A stretch of 64,000 nt of DNA, taken from the NCBI RefSeq assembly GCF_023055435.1, contig NW_025964372.1, positions 12,214,001 to 12,278,000 of the forward strand. The letters run 5' to 3'. The position numbers were made by a program, and so were the translations under genes. Below are positions 52,418 through 64,000 of the stretch, piece by piece (position 1 is the stretch's first letter; each line of letters starts with the position of its first letter). Source of the DNA: Haliotis rufescens. Its lineage: Eukaryota. The notes beneath the pieces are model-generated. The model ran no database searches and was not told where the DNA came from. It was given only the letters and a program-made list of their open reading frames with translations.

Positions 52418-52479
52418 GTTGTCCCAGAGACGACGGCAAGGACGGCCACGACTACCACTGCAACACACACAGTCTGCAT
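52418..52479 (-). CDS. Secreted TSP1/chitin-binding protein copy 1, exon 1 (signal peptide)
   Basis: ATG; MQTVCVAVVVVAVLAVVSGT hydrophobic leader; AC|GTAAGT donor; TATA box upstream. Confidence 0.85.
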
Positions 52480-52516
52480 CTTTTACAGTTGGGCCAGTCT
52501 ACTAACCTCTGCTGTC

Positions 52517-52523
52517 TTTTATA
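52517..52523 (-). promoter_or_regulatory. TATA box of TSP1/ChtBD2 gene copy 1
   Basis: TATAAAA on the minus strand about 40 bp upstream of the ATG; also present in copy 2. Confidence 0.6.
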
Positions 52524-54419
52524 GGAAGTTCATCCAGTCTTTGAACTTTTAATGTTATACTGTCGTCGAGGTGCACTTAGAAACATATTTACAGAACGTT
52601 TTGAGACGAAAGCAGGCGCACTGGGGAATACTATTAATTAATTTCGTCAACATGACAGCACTTCTTGACCCCCGGATCAAGACGCACGTTGTCGATCACT
52701 ATCTGAGGGCTCTGCGGGTACGACCAAGGGGTGCTGTAAGTCTAGATCATGTAGTGTTTCGATTTATTTCTTTGTACCAGTAAAAGGACTGAACTGAACA
52801 CTTGGTTTTGTTTGGTTAACGACAAAAAGGTTTTCCAGCAATTTTCAGTGACTTAAAAAGAAAATTGTGTACGTTTGTTTAAAATGTCATTTACGGCATA
52901 TGTTTCTTTGGCTATGAATAAATCACGTTTAATTTGCTCTTGGAGTTTAATCAGTCTCTTTTTTATAAACTAATTAGTGCAATAACATCCTGAATTACTG
53001 CCACGCAAATATATGTGGTCTCATTTGAGTCTTTAAAGTGAAAATAAATGAAACATGTCCCTGAGATGACGTCATTTTAGGGGGAAAGATATTAATCACA
53101 ATCTATTTATTTCACTGTTGTATTCGATTTTCAAGTATTGCATGATGTTTGACATTCACTAAATGTACATGCACTTATAATTGTTACATTTCTGTCGTGG
53201 GTCTTCACAATCAAACACATGCCTGTTCTGTGTCAAGTGTCACTCGTAATATGTGCTTTATTTCCTCAAAAAAAAACAGGTTTAGTGATTCCCATATACC
53301 AGAATATGAAGTTCTTATGACTAAACTATTGTTTCTTCTGTTTGTCCTCTCCGGTGAAGCCAACTGTGATCTTGAACACACGGTGGATGTGTCTGTCCAG
53401 TGTTAACAAAGTAGCACGGGCGGCTTGCTGTAATTTGCTGTGCCTCTCATTACCTTCCCTTTGCACCAATGACGTAACACCAAGGAGATACGCTCGATGC
53501 GATTAATCGTGCAAGCAAATTTGATTGGGTCACCTTGAAACCAGATTGGTTTGTCTGTCGATTCAGCGGTAATATAAAGATAAATAGTTAAAAGAATTGA
53601 ACGGCAATAAGTTTTAGAGGTGGGATACGAGCGGAAGTCTTTCCCTGTAACTCGTCCCCAAGACAGGAATGACCACAGGCACCGGATCCTTGATCCTAGA
53701 TGGTCATTACGTGGACAGTCACACAGGGCTACAACAGCCAGAACGTGAGATGGAATATGCTGACCACGTGGGCGACCTCCTTCATCTGCAGTAATGACAT
53801 TATGGTAGTGTTCGGCATCATCAAGTCATGCAGTAGCGTAATACATCTGTGTCTTACATGTAAGTGCAAACATTGTCATTGTTTTAGATGTGCTACACAA
53901 CAATTCATTACACAATCGTGACCTGTAATGTGACAATGTAATATGACCTGTCATGATGTCCATCAATGTAATGTTGAATATATTATCCCTGTTATGATCT
54001 GAATAAAAAATGTGAAAACAAGACTTGTTTTGTTAAATACGGTAACCTGTTAGAATCACAAAGCATGTTTTGACAGCATAGCCACGAGAGCCACATTCCA
54101 CAATCACGCAACCGTAACCATTGCCCCGCGAGCCACATCAATTTTGGCTATCTATTTTCGAAATGTGGCTTAGGCGGCCTGTAACCGTCTCAGCCATGAA
54201 AAAGTAGGGCATTAGACTTCAATAGAAGCTTAGTCCAATAGGGAGCGTGAGGTTTGACCGGACGTGATAGTCTATGAGGTTTGACCATGTATGTTCTCCA
54301 AAAATGTGTCCTGCCTGTTAAAATGTTGAATATGATTTAGTCTGTGTACTCGTCTGTTACAGCACATGTGTGCGGAGTAACGCTGGTTTTACCGAGTGTT
54401 TCGACTCCCTTTTGGACTA

Positions 54420-55620
54420 AAGTAGGGCTTTGTGTTAAACCCAATTATTTTTATCAATGAGTTGGCCGCTGAACTTCTTGATTCTTGTCGAAGAGGAGTA
54501 ACAAATATTATTTCTATTGATTTTTGCTGCTTATGTTATTTTTTTTGTGATTGAGTAAGTGGACTACAAGAGCAACTGAATTATTATTCAGCTTAAATGT
54601 TAACATGTCGAAAACTAAAACAAGTGTTTTTCGTAAAGGTGGACTTGTTAAACATTGTGATAAATGGTATTATCGTAATGGACTTGTAGAAGTTGTATCA
54701 GAACATAGGTACCTTGAACTGACGACGACTCTATCTTTAAATTTAACAAGAACTGTGTCACACTTGGCGTTAAAGTGGGAAAGATAACTCATCAATGTTT
54801 TAAAATTGGTTTGGACATATAGAAAAGTCCTAATCGGAATATTAAAAAAAATATTTAACCTATCCTTCTTTATGCATGCGAAATATGGAGACGTCAAAGA
54901 TTAGAGGTAGTAGAAAGGGTCCACTATCTAGCATATAAAAAGTATCTTGGTACAGGAATAAACACTTCCAATGTAAAAGCTTTAAGTGAATGTGGGCGGT
55001 ACCCATTGTTTATAAACAGTTCGGTGAGATGCATTAAATACTGGCTGAAACTACTTCATATACCATCTAATACTTCCGCGTCAGGCATACGGAATGTTAT
55101 TTCATCTTGATTCAGTAGGTGGAGTTAATGTCAGACTTATCTTGTTTAGGTCTACCAAGATGTTGGGGGTATGGCTAGTTTTCTTAACCTTTTTCAACCA
55201 ATATATTATCATCGAGTACCAGGTATGAATATAATACACATTTTAAGATAAGCCTTGAAACAGATAAATATTTAATGGATTCGACCTGGTGTACATTTAT
55301 GACCAAGTTTGCTCGTGCTCGAGTTGGATATACAAGACTTAATATTAATACCGGGAGACATCATAAAATTCCCAAATCTAAAAGATTATGTACATATTGT
55401 AATCTTAACAATATTGAAGATCTGTATCAGCTCACCTCAATGTGTCATCCTTTAAAGATATTCGAAAGCAATACATACCAAATCAATTTTGTAATTCGAC
55501 CGTCAGTCTAATGATTTCGCCTTATGGTAACCTCAAGTTATCAAGATTTAAAATCTGTTATGTTATATTTCAAATATGCCTTCAAGATCAGAAATGTACA
55601 GAAATTTAACATGTGAAATC
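54420..55620 (+). mobile_element. Decayed non-LTR (LINE) ORF2 3' portion
   Basis: LNVNMSKTK..VFRKGG...WYY...EVV...YL; ECGRYPLF...CIKYWLKLL; C-terminal RL.INTGRH..IPKSKRLC.YC...IED zinc-knuckle-like region; many stops. Confidence 0.8.
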
Positions 55621-55747
55621 CTTTTATTTATGGACTATAAAACACACTTAACATTTGATTTGAATTGATTTGATATTATATCAATATGTCACAACTTTCT
55701 TTCGTACCTGATGACAGTGTTGCTGATGACCATCTACAGGGTCAGGA

Positions 55748-56495
55748 CCACACACAGCACACAAACACACACGCGCGCGCGCACTACACACACACGGCAC
55801 ACAAACACACACACGCCACACAAACACACGCGCACCACACCCACGCCACACAAACACACGCGCACCACACACACACACGCGCGCGCGCGCACTACACACA
55901 CACGCCACAAAAACACACGCAACAAAAACACACGCGCACTACACACACGCGCGCGCACTACACACACACATACATACACACAAACGCGCGCGCGCGTTCA
56001 CTGCACACACACATGCATACACACACGCGCGCGCGCACTACACACTCACATACAAACACACGCGCACGCACGCACGCACACATACACACGCGCACTACAC
56101 ACAAAAACAGACAACATACGCCACACAAAAACACGTTCACTACACACAAACACACACACACCACACAAACACACACGCACGCACATACACACGCGCACTC
56201 CACACAAACACGCAACACAAACACAAGCGCACTACACACAAACACACACACACCACAAACACGCGCACTACACACAAACACACCTACACACACGCACGCA
56301 CCCACACCTAATCACACACACGCCACACAAACACACGTGCACTACACACGCGCATACAGCACACAGACGCACGCACGCACGCACGCGCACACACACACGC
56401 TTCACAAACACAAGCGCACTACACACAAACACACACGCATTCACACCCACAAACACACACACGCACGCACGTACATACACACTTATACACACACA
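55748..56495. repeat. Compound CA/CG-rich low-complexity repeat
   Basis: Degenerate (CA)n/(CG)n with a recurring GCGCACTACACAC motif. Confidence 0.9.
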
Positions 56496-58699
56496 CCCCT
56501 TCTACTTCAAGGGGGATTCCAGGACAACTCAAATTTCCAGCAACATGCTTGTTGATTAATGCAGGTAGTTTGGTATTAGTATGGTAACAATATCCCGATA
56601 AGGGTTCATTTTAGTTTTTGACATTTTCATTTTAGTTTTTGACCTTTTCGTTTTGGTTTTTGACATTTCCATTTTAGATTTTGACATTTTCACTTCACAT
56701 TTCAGCGACTCAAAAGCTACTTAAAAGCACATTTTCTATGTTTTCGGATGTTTTTATACATGATTTATCACATATTATTATGGCAGATTGTGTTAATTTG
56801 CAAAAGGTTAAGATAAAAGTAAGTTAAACATCAAAATATTGAAAAACAGACTCCATGTCCCTTATGGGCCACCGTAGAAAATGTCAAAAACTAAAATGAA
56901 AATACAGAAAACTATTTTCACCGTGGTGATAATATTTACACTGCGGTGAAAACTATTTCCACTGCGGTGATAATATTTACACCGCGGTCGAAATAGTTTT
57001 CTGTGGTTTCATTTTAGTTTTTGAACTTTTCGTTTTGGTTTTTGACATTTCCATTTTAGTTTCTTACTAAATAGCTACTTGAAAGTACATTTTCCATGTT
57101 TTCGGATGTTTTATACATGATTTGTCACATACACACACGCGCGAGAACACACGGACACACACAAGCCCCCTTCTACTTCAAGGGGGATTCCAGGACAACT
57201 CAAATTTCCAGCAACATGCTTGTTGATTAATGCAGGTAGTTTGGTATTAGTATGGTAACAATATCCCGATAAGGGTTCATACTAACAACCCCTATTCCGC
57301 CTGGCCCAGATTCCATTATGCACAGGACACCTATGACACTATGTTACCATCACCATTATGTTGAGCCGGCGTAGGAGGGCCTAGGCCGAGATTTCAAATC
57401 CCTTGGAAATGATATTATAATATGTGGTACCTTTCCCAGCGTGTGTGTATATGTTGGGTTGAAAATAGTCGGTAAAATGTCTTACAAAACAAACACAGGT
57501 AAACTTTAAAACTGAAACAACTTCGTGCGCATAATTGGAATCCCAAAATGTTATACATGTAACAACGCGTGTGGGTCTCTGACGTTGATTAATGAATAAT
57601 TTGCATACTCGAATATGCAAGGGGCCGACGTATGGTTCTCAGTAGGAAGTGACAACTTGGAGACGATGGCTTGCGGTATATAAAGTTTTACTTTATACAT
57701 GTAGATATATACAAAGTCATACAAAAGACACTATGTGCCAGGTCAGCACATAGTGGTAGTGGTTGTTGTCTAGGTGCCCCGGAGCACCCAGCCTAACCCT
57801 AGATAGGCTAAGGGTAAGACCTTTCTTTTCTTTTCAATCTCTCTGGACCAAGGCTTATATAGCCAAGGTCACCTGACATTTAGTAAGTAATAAAAATAAA
57901 TGTAAACAGTAATTCATCAGCTGGATGGCAGACGGTCGATGTACACAAAAATGGGGATTAAGAATTAGAATTAGCATCTTATAAATAACAGCAATTACGT
58001 GTTTCAAGGCATATAGATGTCATGGCCCCAGGGTAATGAGCCTTTGCAATTAAATGTTCTTCAGACAATGGGTGTCGTAAATCAGTCGCTATGACACATG
58101 GGATATTGACGCTTGCAGACAAGGGCATACGGTTTGTATATTCATATGACGCTAGTTTTTCTCAACTATTTCTACAACAATTGTTTTTAACCACTTAAGT
58201 CTTGGTTCCTAATATCATCTTGTGTTACACAATAACAAATAAAATGTGTGTATGCCCATAATATCTGGGTTGTTTTATAGTTACAATTAGTTACCTGAAC
58301 AGACAACTAAATATGTAAATGCCTCTTTAAAATAGCACGTACCACATGTTCCCGTATTTGTTTTAGGTAACCAATTGACTTGCCTTTGCATGTGTTTGTG
58401 GCGGGTGCCACTTGTGGATCAGGATACGCTCGCCTTTTTCGCAAACATCTAGTATCATCACTATTTGATACTGATTCGTAACCACATGCTCACGATATAG
58501 TTGGAATCGTACAAGACTACAGGCGGTACCAGGTAATGGGAAAACACATCATAAGTGTGTTGATTGTACATGTATATGTTATGTAAGCATACAGTGTTCA
58601 ATTATAATATCCTCTGATTTCTATATCTACTACTAAAGGTTTGTTAAGGGCCAAGTTTTGATGATCTCAAAATATCATCTAGGAAGTAATGACCACTAT

Positions 58700-59590
58700 T
58701 GAACCTCAATTCATGATGAACGGACATAGACAGGCTTGAAACTAGGCCAACAGAACGCCACTTTGAAAACATCTTTGGTGTTATCCAAAGAGAGATCAGC
58801 AGGGCATTGAATCAATACCAGACGTTAAGATCAACAACCCAGCGACGTGTAGGTGGTCGACAGCGTTTCACCACACGGTGGGTTGACAGGTTTCTCCTGA
58901 TTGCAGCAAGACGTCATCACTTCGTGACATCCACCACACACAGAAATGACCTGCGGAACGCCAGTGACGTTAACGTTTCTCCTCAGACAGTGCAAAATCG
59001 TCTCCGTGAAGCTGGTCTCTGGTCACGCTGGGCATGTATGCGCATCCTGCTGACCCGACATCACAGACAGGCAGGCACGTCTGTATTGGGCTGAAGATCA
59101 CATCAGTTGGACAGACCAGGACTTGATTCCAGTACTTTTCATAGATGAATCGAAATACTGTCTAGACTTCACCGTCGTGCCCAAGTGTCAGGATTCCAAC
59201 GTAGCCGAAAATTACTGCTATGGAGGGCGCTCAATTATGATTTGGGGTGGGATCAGTAAAGCTGGAAGAAGCGTGGCACGATGATAGGTTACACTACAGG
59301 GATGATATTCTGGATGTGTACGTGAGATCGGACGTCATCCTCATCGTGCCAGGGCCGTTGAAGACCATTGTCAGTATGGAGTTGTCAGCCCGATCATCAG
59401 ACCTCAACCCCATCGAACACACGTGGAACTGCAGATCTGCCTCTCGGATCCTTCAGCCAACTCAACAGACACTCCACAATGCCTTTACTGACGAGTGGAA
59501 CATCCTTCCAAGGCAACAATCCTCACACCTATTTTGATCATCAGTGCGATGTTGCCAGGCTGTGATTTCATCACGTGGATCAAATAAGCT
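58700..59590 (+). mobile_element. Decayed Tc1 transposase (pseudogene)
   Basis: GGRQRFTT...DRFL...ARR...VSPQTVQNRLREAGL, VLFIDESKY, SDLNPIEHTW, DEWN motifs in order; frameshifts and deletions. Confidence 0.88.
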
Positions 59591-59606
59591 GCTGAGAGTC
59601 TGGACA

Positions 59607-59635
59607 GTAGATAGATAGATAGATAGGTAGATAGT

Positions 59636-59676
<41 letters not shown>
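59607..59676. repeat. (GATA)n microsatellite
   Basis: Tandem GATA. Confidence 0.95.
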
Positions 59677-61397
59677 CACTTGCCAACTGTACACAAATTA
59701 TAACATTATTGCATGTCGACAATGGAACATTCAGCTACTTCCTTTCCAGGTGAGAAGAAGTTGACATGAACCATGCCGAAACGTGTATGCCAAAACTGAA
59801 CGGGAGAAGTAGTATACACCTGTTAAATGTAGACCTGTTAAATGTAGGTCATGATTTGAGCCTTGAGTGAGTGTTTGGGACCAGGAAAGGGGTTGACCTG
59901 AGCCTAGGCTCAAACCACTCTTGTGTGATACTTTAAGGGATTAATTTTAGCCTGCTGCCCCAGCCTGTACGCATGTTGTGACGTCACAATGTTTGGTATG
60001 ACATCATTTTCATCTCACGTCATAACTGACCCTGTTCCCTCTGAGACTTCGAATGGCGGCCACAAGAGAGGTGTACTTGTCAGAGTAATATATATCACCG
60101 AAAATACTTTTGTCACTTGTGAACGCATAGTGGTAAATGGGATACGCGTGTCACTAGCTGGCATATGGGTGTGCTATCAGTCGCTGTCTTACTCCCCGTG
60201 GGAAGTTTGCACAAGAGATCCCGAGTAGATCCCGTCCACTTCCGTACTGACGTTCTGCCACGAAACATCTCTCCCTCACCATCTTCTCCTCCTGCTTAGT
60301 GTTGTACATGTACAGGTGTATCGGGCGAGGACTATGCTCATGCATCTATGTGTTGAACGTACATACCTACAGACAGGGTCAGACGGGGACATGGGACATC
60401 TCCTACCATCACATTACACTACCATAGCAACACACAAAGAAGTTCACCAGCCATATGAGAATAATACATTATTTGTCTTTCAGTGATAACGATATTGGTG
60501 GTATAGTTAAAAAATACAGTAAATAGTTCTCAGTCACTAATTTGAAATAATTCCTGTAACTGTTTTAGATGACTTAGCAGTTAATGTCCAACCCAAGGAC
60601 ATGTTTTCGAGCAGATTGAATGGATGGACTAGCAGTCACCTATCAAGACCGAATTCATCTAACCCGTACGTACACCCAAAGACCCGGTCCCATCTGTCAA
60701 TACATGAATCCTGTAATTTACGGGAGAATGGTTCCCCAGTATTCCATGTTTGTCCTATGATATGACTACAGAGGGTCGTATGGTAAGGCTTAGCGATCCC
60801 AATGATGTGCAGCGTTACGACTGTTTTCAGCCACTGGCTTCCCAAGTTGAGACTCGACCTTCGTCAGTTACCGGCAGTCAGGATAAAGAGGACGGACACA
60901 CGCTCTGTGAATGAGACCAGGGTGCGTTCTGGTCGAGTCAGCTAGCTGTAGTTGTGGTGGATACAGGTATTCTAATTCTAACATATATAAATATAGGTAC
61001 ACATATTCCCGCAATAATCTCACTGTCGACTGCAAGAATACGTGACACTACACCCGTAAGTATATGATATAAACTATGGTGGTATACCCTTTTCCCTTCA
61101 GTACTTGCATATTAGTAACCAATCTGAGGTACGACAGCGTCAGTGGATTGATAAACATTATGCTATTCCTAAGACAGTCCTCCACCATTCACTACCGCAA
61201 CATACACCTTTAACGTTCCTTATAAGAAACGATTCAACAGTTACATGAAGTGGAATTAAATTCCTGGTTGTTATACGCCATTGTTTACCCTAACGTGAAC
61301 GGCATATCCACCGAAGTTACGTTAAAATACAGTCAGCTTAACATTATGGAAATCTCAGTCACACAACCAGCGTTATGGCATGTTGCAAAAGAGTATC

Positions 61398-61400
<3 letters not shown>

Positions 61401-61471
<71 letters not shown>
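61401..61471. repeat. (GT)n microsatellite
   Basis: About 35 GT units immediately before duplication copy 2. Confidence 0.95.
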
Positions 61472-61475
<4 letters not shown>

Positions 61476-61747
61476 CGCAGGTGGGGTTGTGTACACTGCT
61501 CTTGGACAGTACAGCCCCTACAGTCTGCCGAGATGGTGTGAGCAGGTATTGGATAGTATCACCGTGATTCCGTAGTGGCTTCAAGCAACACATCTAATGT
61601 TGGTCGTGTCCGCTAGTCGTGTCCGCTAATCGTGTTTGACTAAATCAGGCAACAAATCTCACACATCTTTTGACAGGAATGTTTATTTTATTACGGAATG
61701 TACATGCGCATGTGACATGATGTTAGCGGGACGTGTAATGTGACGTC

Positions 61748-61899
61748 TCAGTTGTCGAAGTTGCATGTCCAGATGCTGTCGTCCCAGACAAGACCCTTAG
61801 GACACTTCATGAGGTACGCAATGTAGTTCCCACACTGGTAGTAGCGACCTCTGTTGGTAGGATGGGGAAAGAACTTCACACGTCTGTCCGGGCAGTAAC
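61748..61899 (-). CDS. Secreted TSP1/chitin-binding protein copy 2, exon 5 (ChtBD2-like)
   Basis: Same as copy 1 exon 5. Confidence 0.88.
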
Positions 61900-62007
61900 C
61901 TGTAACACACAACACGTATATCTGACATGGGTCATCACAATAGCCAACGCTTACTGTTCACTGTCCAACAGCCTGTTAGTAACAGCAGTTGTCCACAGGA
62001 ATCTCAC

Positions 62008-62205
62008 CTCTACATCCTTGTGTGTTGCACTCCGCTACTGCTTGCTCCACACTCTCGCCTTCACAGTCAACGCCGCCGTTCTCAGGTTCTGGGTTGTCAC
62101 ATGACCTGACACGTGACTGCTTGACCTTGCCCCCTCCACAAAACGCTGAGCACTCCCCGCCGTCACTTGCGGTCCATTCACCCCATTCACCCCATCCTCC
62201 ATTCA
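62008..62205 (-). CDS. Secreted TSP1/chitin-binding protein copy 2, exon 4 (TSP1)
   Basis: Same as copy 1 except GGVDC for GGADC and synonymous changes. Confidence 0.93.
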
Positions 62206-62426
62206 CTGTGAAGTACAGAAGCAGGTGATAAGTCAGACAACCAACCAATTACTACCATCGTTAACATACTACTTTATGTATTACCTCTCAACATGTATCA
62301 ACCTTCCATTTTACCTTCCATTACAACGTTAGGCTTTCTATGACTCAACGCAAACGCAGCGGACAATGTACAAGATATGAACGTAGTTATACCACATGGC
62401 GTGGACAATGATTGGAATGTGAATAC

Positions 62427-62606
62427 CCGGTATATGACAGCTGTCGGTGTTACAGGCCTGGGTGTACGTCTCCTTGCCCCCGTTGATTGGCTTACAGAAC
62501 AGACCGCCCTGGCACTTCCTGGTTCTCACCACAGTCTGCGAGCCTCCCCCACAGCTAGCGCTGCACTCTCCCACACTCTCGCTCCACGAGGACCATTTGC
62601 CCCACA
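62427..62606 (-). CDS. Secreted TSP1/chitin-binding protein copy 2, exon 3 (TSP1)
   Basis: Same peptide as copy 1 exon 3. Confidence 0.92.
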
Positions 62607-62906
62607 CTGCAAACATTGCGAATATCAGGTCACGTGGGTAACCACCCATTTCTTAATTGTTAGAGATGAACTTCTTTTCAGTTTTTTGTGGACATTGTGA
62701 ATTATAACGTTATTGCTTCTTTTGATGTGCTTATGAAAAACATCAGCAAGTGTTGGTAACTGAGATATGCTGCAATATGGAATCTACACAGCTGTTATCA
62801 TCTTAACCAAACTATTGGCATTAATAAAGAATTAAGGACTACTTATTCATTCATTATTGTCGTGTGGAACCTTTTGGCGAGTAAATGGATTGAACATTGA
62901 ACATAC

Positions 62907-62929
62907 CGAAGTTTTGCTCAGGCTGGATT
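62907..62929 (-). CDS. Secreted TSP1/chitin-binding protein copy 2, exon 2 (microexon)
   Basis: Same as copy 1 microexon, with splice sites intact. Confidence 0.7.
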
Positions 62930-63837
62930 CTGAAAATGTCGAAAATGAAAACCAACTTAATGTTACAGTATGTGACAAGGTCAGGGCAGTGATGCAATAG
63001 AAGTATTCTCGAAACGGATCAGACAGATCTCTTTACTCGCATCCTAAGATTGGAGGAAGTTGGACGATATGTCCTCCACAATGGTAGAAGAACAATATAC
63101 TTCTTTGACATATTCTGTGATATACATCATCATTGTTGGTTTGTTGTCGTTCCCAGATAAACAAGCTGACCTGTTAAATGAACAATATGTGAATGACAAG
63201 ATAAGTTCAATGTGGTGTATATGATAGAGGGTTAGTGACCTACTTTAACGGGATATAAAGGTCCAAGTAAAAGCTACAGAGTTCTCTATCTGTGTTATGT
63301 CACTGTCAAGTACTCCACGGCCACTTCCACGGCAGGGCACACGACAGCCTTGTATAAAGTGAACAGTGACAATGTTCACCCCCACTCAAGCCACACGAAC
63401 TGATGGCACATCTCGAGGTACATGCAGGTGGAGTTGCACGAGTATATGAACTACACTGGTACATTAGCGCTTTATAATTGTTCTACGCCTTGTCCAAATG
63501 AGAAACACCCATAGAACCAGAGCTGTTTTTTAAACAATAAATTGGAGTCAGTATAATTGTAATCCGAGCCATTAAACCAGTGGGTGACATCATGAGCACC
63601 GTCGGGTAACGGGGACATCAACCATTCATTGTCACAAAATATATTAATTCAGTCTGCTCTTTGTCAAGCATGGGACTGGATTATTTCCCCTTTGGAAAGT
63701 ATATCTGAGTCTGTCTATCGTAAAACATCCCAATCCACAAAAAATTGGAAGCAAAACAGTATCGATGTGGCTTCAGGGGTATTAATAAATACGAATTGCC
63801 ATATGATTTAACATGACCTACTCCGCACGCTACTTAC

Positions 63838-63899
63838 GTTGTCCCAGAGACGACGGCAAGGACGGCCACGACTACCACTGCAACACACACAGTCTGCAT
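63838..63899 (-). CDS. Secreted TSP1/chitin-binding protein copy 2, exon 1 (signal peptide)
   Basis: Same as copy 1 exon 1. Confidence 0.85.
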
Positions 63900-63936
63900 C
63901 TTTTACAGTTGTGCCAGTCTACTAACCTCTGCTGTC

Positions 63937-63943
63937 TTTTATA
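63937..63943 (-). promoter_or_regulatory. TATA box of TSP1/ChtBD2 gene copy 2
   Basis: TATAAAA on the minus strand at the same spacing as in copy 1. Confidence 0.6.
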
Positions 63944-64000
63944 GGAAATTTATCCAGTCTTTGAACTTTTAATATTATACTGTCGTAGAGGGGCACAAAG

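Larger units (their letters stand above)
50061..52580. repeat. Segmental duplication, copy 1 (partner 61480-64000)
   Basis: Near-identical direct repeat at offset 11418-11420 covering the whole TSP1/ChtBD2 gene. Confidence 0.95.
61480..64000. repeat. Segmental duplication, copy 2 (partner 50061-52580)
   Basis: As above; runs to the window edge. Confidence 0.95.

Noticed and set aside
55686-56559. His/Thr-rich 280-aa ORFs
   Set aside because: Translation of CA-rich microsatellite.

Overview
Eukaryotic, repeat-rich genomic DNA with spliced genes. The SINEs and Helentron-like elements resemble those of molluscs (possibly abalone); this is an inference. I reconstructed four spliced genes by hand. 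(1) The last three coding exons of a quiescin sulfhydryl oxidase (QSOX, + strand, 4632-14609). (2) A complete 9-exon, 284-aa PhyH-family Fe(II)/2-oxoglutarate dioxygenase (- strand, 34722-47955) with one GC-AG intron. (3, 4) Two near-identical copies, about 11.4 kb apart, of a 5-exon gene for a 204-aa secreted protein: signal peptide + 2 TSP1 repeats + a 4-Cys chitin-binding (ChtBD2/CBM14-like) domain (- strand, 50329-52479 and 61748-63899). The rest is minisatellites, a tandem Helentron/HINE-like composite, MITEs, SINEs, decayed DIRS, Tc1, LINE and Penelope-like fragments, and a 520-N gap. The most striking pattern is that at least four intronic minisatellites are tandem amplifications of the host gene's own splice junctions. 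One 4.8-kb QSOX intron consists almost entirely of about 54 copies of its own 5' splice site followed directly by about 70 copies of its own branch point plus 3' splice site. In three of the four arrays, using a decoy site would hit an in-frame stop within 2-4 codons. No CRISPR or other prokaryotic system is present.
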